Below are positions 61,139 to 64,000 of a stretch of DNA of 64,000 nucleotides, in pieces; position 1 is the stretch's first letter; each line of letters opens with the position of its first letter. A program made the translations under genes and the position numbers. Origin of the DNA: an uncultured bacterium (GTDB lineage: Bacteria > Verrucomicrobiota > Kiritimatiellia > CAIKKV01). The notes under the pieces are model-generated. The model saw only the letters and a program-made list of their open reading frames with translations. It was not told the origin of the DNA and did no database searches. The stretch spans positions 86,788-150,787 of the forward strand of contig CALHRZ010000003.1 of NCBI GenBank assembly GCA_938038445.1, read 5' to 3'.

Positions 61139-61735
61139 ATGGCAGAGAAGAAAAAAACGACAGTTCGGGGAGCGCAGGACAACGTCAGTCCAAAAGAGCA
61201 GGCCGGCCGCAAATCAGCCCCCGAGAAGAAAACGGTTGCCGAAAGTAAGCCCAAAGCGGTTTCTTCCTCTGGGCCAAAAGGCAGTATCCGCTCGGTGCTT
61301 ACGGCCCGCGAGATCGATCAGTTCAAAAATCGGCTTTTGGATTTGCGGGCGCGTTTGACGGGTCAAGCGACGGCCTTGACCAGCGAGTCCCTGGCCGTTC
61401 CGGACGAAACCCCTGCCGAAGATCGGACGGATGATTTCGATCGGGAGTTCGCGTTGAGTGTGGCCGGCTCGGTGCACAACGCGCTTTACGAAATTGATGA
61501 AGCGCTTCGGCGGATCGAAGAAGGCCGTTATGGCATTTGCGAGATCAGCGGAAAACCGATTGAAAAGGAACGGTTGAAGGCGATTCCCTATGCTCGGTAC
61601 TGCCTGACGGTTCAAGCGGAACTGGAACGGACGAATCCTAACTTCCGGGCCGGAATGCGAAGTGGGCAGTTCCCAATCGCTCCGGGGGAAGAGAATGAGC
61701 TGACGGTTCCGGAACGAACGGAAGATCAGGAATAG
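61139..61735 (+). CDS. dksA: DksA/TraR-family protein
   Basis: EIDEALRRIEEGRYGICEISGKPI..ERLKAIPYARYC. Confidence 0.85.
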   Translation: MAEKKKTTVRGAQDNVSPKEQAGRKSAPEKKTVAESKPKAVSSSGPKGSIRSVLTAREIDQFKNRLLDLRARLTGQATALTSESLAVPDETPAEDRTDDFDREFALSVAGSVHNALYEIDEALRRIEEGRYGICEISGKPIEKERLKAIPYARYCLTVQAELERTNPNFRAGMRSGQFPIAPGEENELTVPERTEDQE

Positions 61736-61759
61736 ATTAAGGAGGCCTGGTCTATCGCC

Positions 61760-62221
61760 ATGCGTGTATTGGCGTGGGCCATTTGCATTGCTTTTCTGGA
61801 TCAGGCGACCAAGTACGCTGTTCGGAATCTGTTTTATGTTGGAGAGTCCTTTCCGGTTATTGCCGGGTTTTTCGAGCTGACCTATGTGAGGAATACGGGG
61901 GCCGCTTGGGGGATTTTTCGGGGGTTCAACCTGGGTCTGGCCGTTCTGTCCGCTGGTGTTCTGGCGGTGCTGGTTGTTTGGCGGCGTCATTTCTGGGGGG
62001 ATTCATCTCTTCAGCGGACCGCCGCAGGGTTGATTGTGGGCGGGATTATGGGAAATTTATATGATCGGCTTCGATTGGGGTATGTGGTGGATTTTCTCCA
62101 TGTTTACCGGGGGGGATGGAGTTTTCCGGCCTTTAATATTGCGGATTCCGCGATCTGTGTAGGGGTTTGTCTCTATTTATGGAGCGCCTGGTGGGTGGGA
62201 ATGCGTACGGAAGGGACGTGA
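61760..62221 (+). CDS. lspA: Signal peptidase II
   Basis: DQATK, NTGAAWG, GNLYDR, VVDF, FNIADS; AAGGAGG RBS. Confidence 0.95.
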   Translation: MRVLAWAICIAFLDQATKYAVRNLFYVGESFPVIAGFFELTYVRNTGAAWGIFRGFNLGLAVLSAGVLAVLVVWRRHFWGDSSLQRTAAGLIVGGIMGNLYDRLRLGYVVDFLHVYRGGWSFPAFNIADSAICVGVCLYLWSAWWVGMRTEGT

Positions 62222-63210
62222 AGCCTCCTTTGGGACATGCCCTTGTTCTGACAGGGCCGACGGCGTCGGGCAAAACGGACGTGGCGCACATTTTGGCGCG
62301 GGAGATGGGGGTGGATATTCTTTCGGCCGATTCGATGGCTGTTTATCGGGGGATGGATATTGGGACGGCGAAGCCGACGCCTGAGCAGCGGAGGGAGGTG
62401 CGTTATTGGGGGGTGGATCTTGTCGAACCGGAAGAGACTTTTTCTCTTGCGCATTATCGGCTGGAGGTCTTGCGCGCGATTGGGGCGGCAGCGGAACGGG
62501 GGGAAGGGCTTATAGTGGCGGGAGGCACGGGACTTTATCTCAAAGCGTTGATTGCGGGGTTGGATTGCACGCCTGGACCGGACCCCGCGCTTCGGGCCCA
62601 CTGGGCGGAACGCACGGAGAAGGAGGGGCTCGCGCCGTTGTGGGAGGAGATTCGTCTTCGGGCTTCTCGTGCCTGGGCATTGATGAATGAATCGGATCGC
62701 CACAATCCCCGGCGATTAATTCGGGCTCTTGAAAGGGCGCGAGGTGGAGAAAACGGCGGAGCGGCGAGCGGTTATTGGAAAAGATGCAGGGAGAGGGAGC
62801 CGGTTTTGGTGGCGCTCTGGCCGGACGACGAGACGGCTCGGTGGCGGATTGCGCGACGGGTGCGATGGATGTATGAGAACGGACTGATAGAAGAGGCACG
62901 CGTATTGCGGGAGCGAGTGGGAGGGAAAGGTTGTACGGCGTTGCAGGCGATAGGGTATGCCGAGGCGATCGCGGTTTTGGAGGGGCGGTTGAATCTGGCT
63001 GAAGCGCAGGCGGTGACGTACCGCCGGACGTGGAAGTTTTTTCGTCGGCAGCGGACATGGTTCCGTCATCAAGCGAATCTGCGGCCGATTCTGATTCAGA
63101 AGGACGAAACGGTCGAAACTTTGGCCGGCCGTGTTTTGGAAGTGTGGCGCGCGCTTGGGCCTATTCGTTTGCAGGCACCGGTCTCTGCTGAACGAGCGCG
63201 ACCCGAATAG
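62218..63210 (+). CDS. miaA: tRNA dimethylallyltransferase
   Basis: GPTASGKT, SADSM.VYRGMDIGTAKP, GGTGLY, QAIGY, RQRTWF. GTG start overlaps the lspA stop. Confidence 0.95.
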   Translation: MKPPLGHALVLTGPTASGKTDVAHILAREMGVDILSADSMAVYRGMDIGTAKPTPEQRREVRYWGVDLVEPEETFSLAHYRLEVLRAIGAAAERGEGLIVAGGTGLYLKALIAGLDCTPGPDPALRAHWAERTEKEGLAPLWEEIRLRASRAWALMNESDRHNPRRLIRALERARGGENGGAASGYWKRCREREPVLVALWPDDETARWRIARRVRWMYENGLIEEARVLRERVGGKGCTALQAIGYAEAIAVLEGRLNLAEAQAVTYRRTWKFFRRQRTWFRHQANLRPILIQKDETVETLAGRVLEVWRALGPIRLQAPVSAERARPE

Positions 63211-64000
63211 CACGGTAGAAACAGCCGCTCAGTCCGCCGATCACCAGGAACAGCAGGAGGGCCAGCATTATCCACCCGGCGGGGGTGAGATGCGATGCAG
63301 GGGGGTGGAGTTCGGCGGGGGAGGAAAGAGCGCTTTGAACGCCGACACGGAAAAGGGCAATGCCGGCGGTGCCGCCCAGACTCGTCACGCCGAGCACTCC
63401 TGCCCATCGGATTTTCCAGGAGGGGGACGCGTTGGTTGGATCGAGGCAAAGAACCGATTGCAATGCCGGCAGGGCACCTACAAGGGAGAAAAAGGCTGCC
63501 GGAATGAGAAGGGGAGAAGGAAGCGGGAGGGGGCTGCCGACCGGGAGGGGGCTGGACACCGAGCGCAGGGAAATCGGAATGGCGAGGACGAACCCCATCG
63601 TTCCCAGGAGAGAAAAGGCGAGGGGAAGGCTGCCGGTGTTAGGATTGGGAACCCATTCTTTTTCAGGGGCGTGCTCCGATCGGGCCGACGGCACAGTGTT
63701 GAGCGTGAGCGCGAGAATGGGGGCTGCCATGACGGCCAGCAATCCTACGATGTTCGGCCAAATCCATTGCCCATTGGAGGTCTTCAGGTGACCGTTCTTT
63801 TGGCTCAGGTCGTCCATGAAATTCCATGCCACCAAGGCGGCCAGGATAAGAGGGGCGATGACGCGGATGATCAGATTCCATGTGCGTGGCAGGTGCCAGT
63901 CGCTATGCATATTGGCATGGCGTCGGAGCCGTTCCAGGCGGTAGAGCCAGCCGAGAACGAGGCATTCGAGGAGACCCATGCAGGGGATGCCCCACGTTCC
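63161..64000 (-). CDS. C-terminal part of a probable NSS/SNF sodium-dependent transporter (5' end outside the window)
   Basis: GLLECLVLGW, W.LIIRVIAP.IL resembles late NSS TM helices. The frame is open to the window end. Confidence 0.65.
   Translation of the reverse strand, partial: GTWGIPCMGLLECLVLGWLYRLERLRRHANMHSDWHLPRTWNLIIRVIAPLILAALVAWNFMDDLSQKNGHLKTSNGQWIWPNIVGLLAVMAAPILALTLNTVPSARSEHAPEKEWVPNPNTGSLPLAFSLLGTMGFVLAIPISLRSVSSPLPVGSPLPLPSPLLIPAAFFSLVGALPALQSVLCLDPTNASPSWKIRWAGVLGVTSLGGTAGIALFRVGVQSALSSPAELHPPASHLTPAGWIMLALLLFLVIGGLSGCFYRAIRVALVQQRPVPANE

Overview
A 64-kb GC-rich bacterial chromosome segment, probably from a diderm PVC-superphylum organism such as Kiritimatiellota or Lentisphaerota. 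This is inferred from the very long GreA, the sulfatase/fucosidase genes, a QW-repeat protein and waaA/lol genes; it was not tested. Most of the window is housekeeping: nnrD-mazG-lysS-lolE-lolD, efp-epmA, rplU-rpmA-obgE, pdp-punA-cdd, dprA-topA-xerC-waaA-tgt-yajC-secDF-infA and greA-dksA-lspA-miaA, plus tRNA-Glu(CTC) and tRNA-Thr(CGT). Accessory modules are an ArnT/GT2/LAB_N envelope-glycosylation operon, lemA-htpX, an AT-richer ATP-grasp and MFS pair beside a creatininase-GNAT fusion, a solo Cas4-like nuclease, a GntR-type regulator with a GH52-like/DUF4965 enzyme and an oxidoreductase, a 10-gene Tad/Flp pilus locus, a LarA-SDR-gnd sugar-acid operon, and a sulfatase-GH29 pair. The most notable observations are: (1) TopA with three ~90-aa cysteine-free C-terminal repeats in place of zinc ribbons; (2) a Tad locus with an FHA-fused ATPase, no secretin/TadZ/TadV, and a second Flp pilin missed by the ORF track; (3) a 'glutaminase-like' protein carrying clan GH-O glycosidase motifs; (4) a GTAG-type REP palindrome family in 61-bp and 43-bp tandem arrays; (5) L27 lacking the conserved HKK N-terminal tail. 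No CRISPR array, transposase, prophage or rRNA was seen. All family calls come from motif recognition by eye, without database searches.
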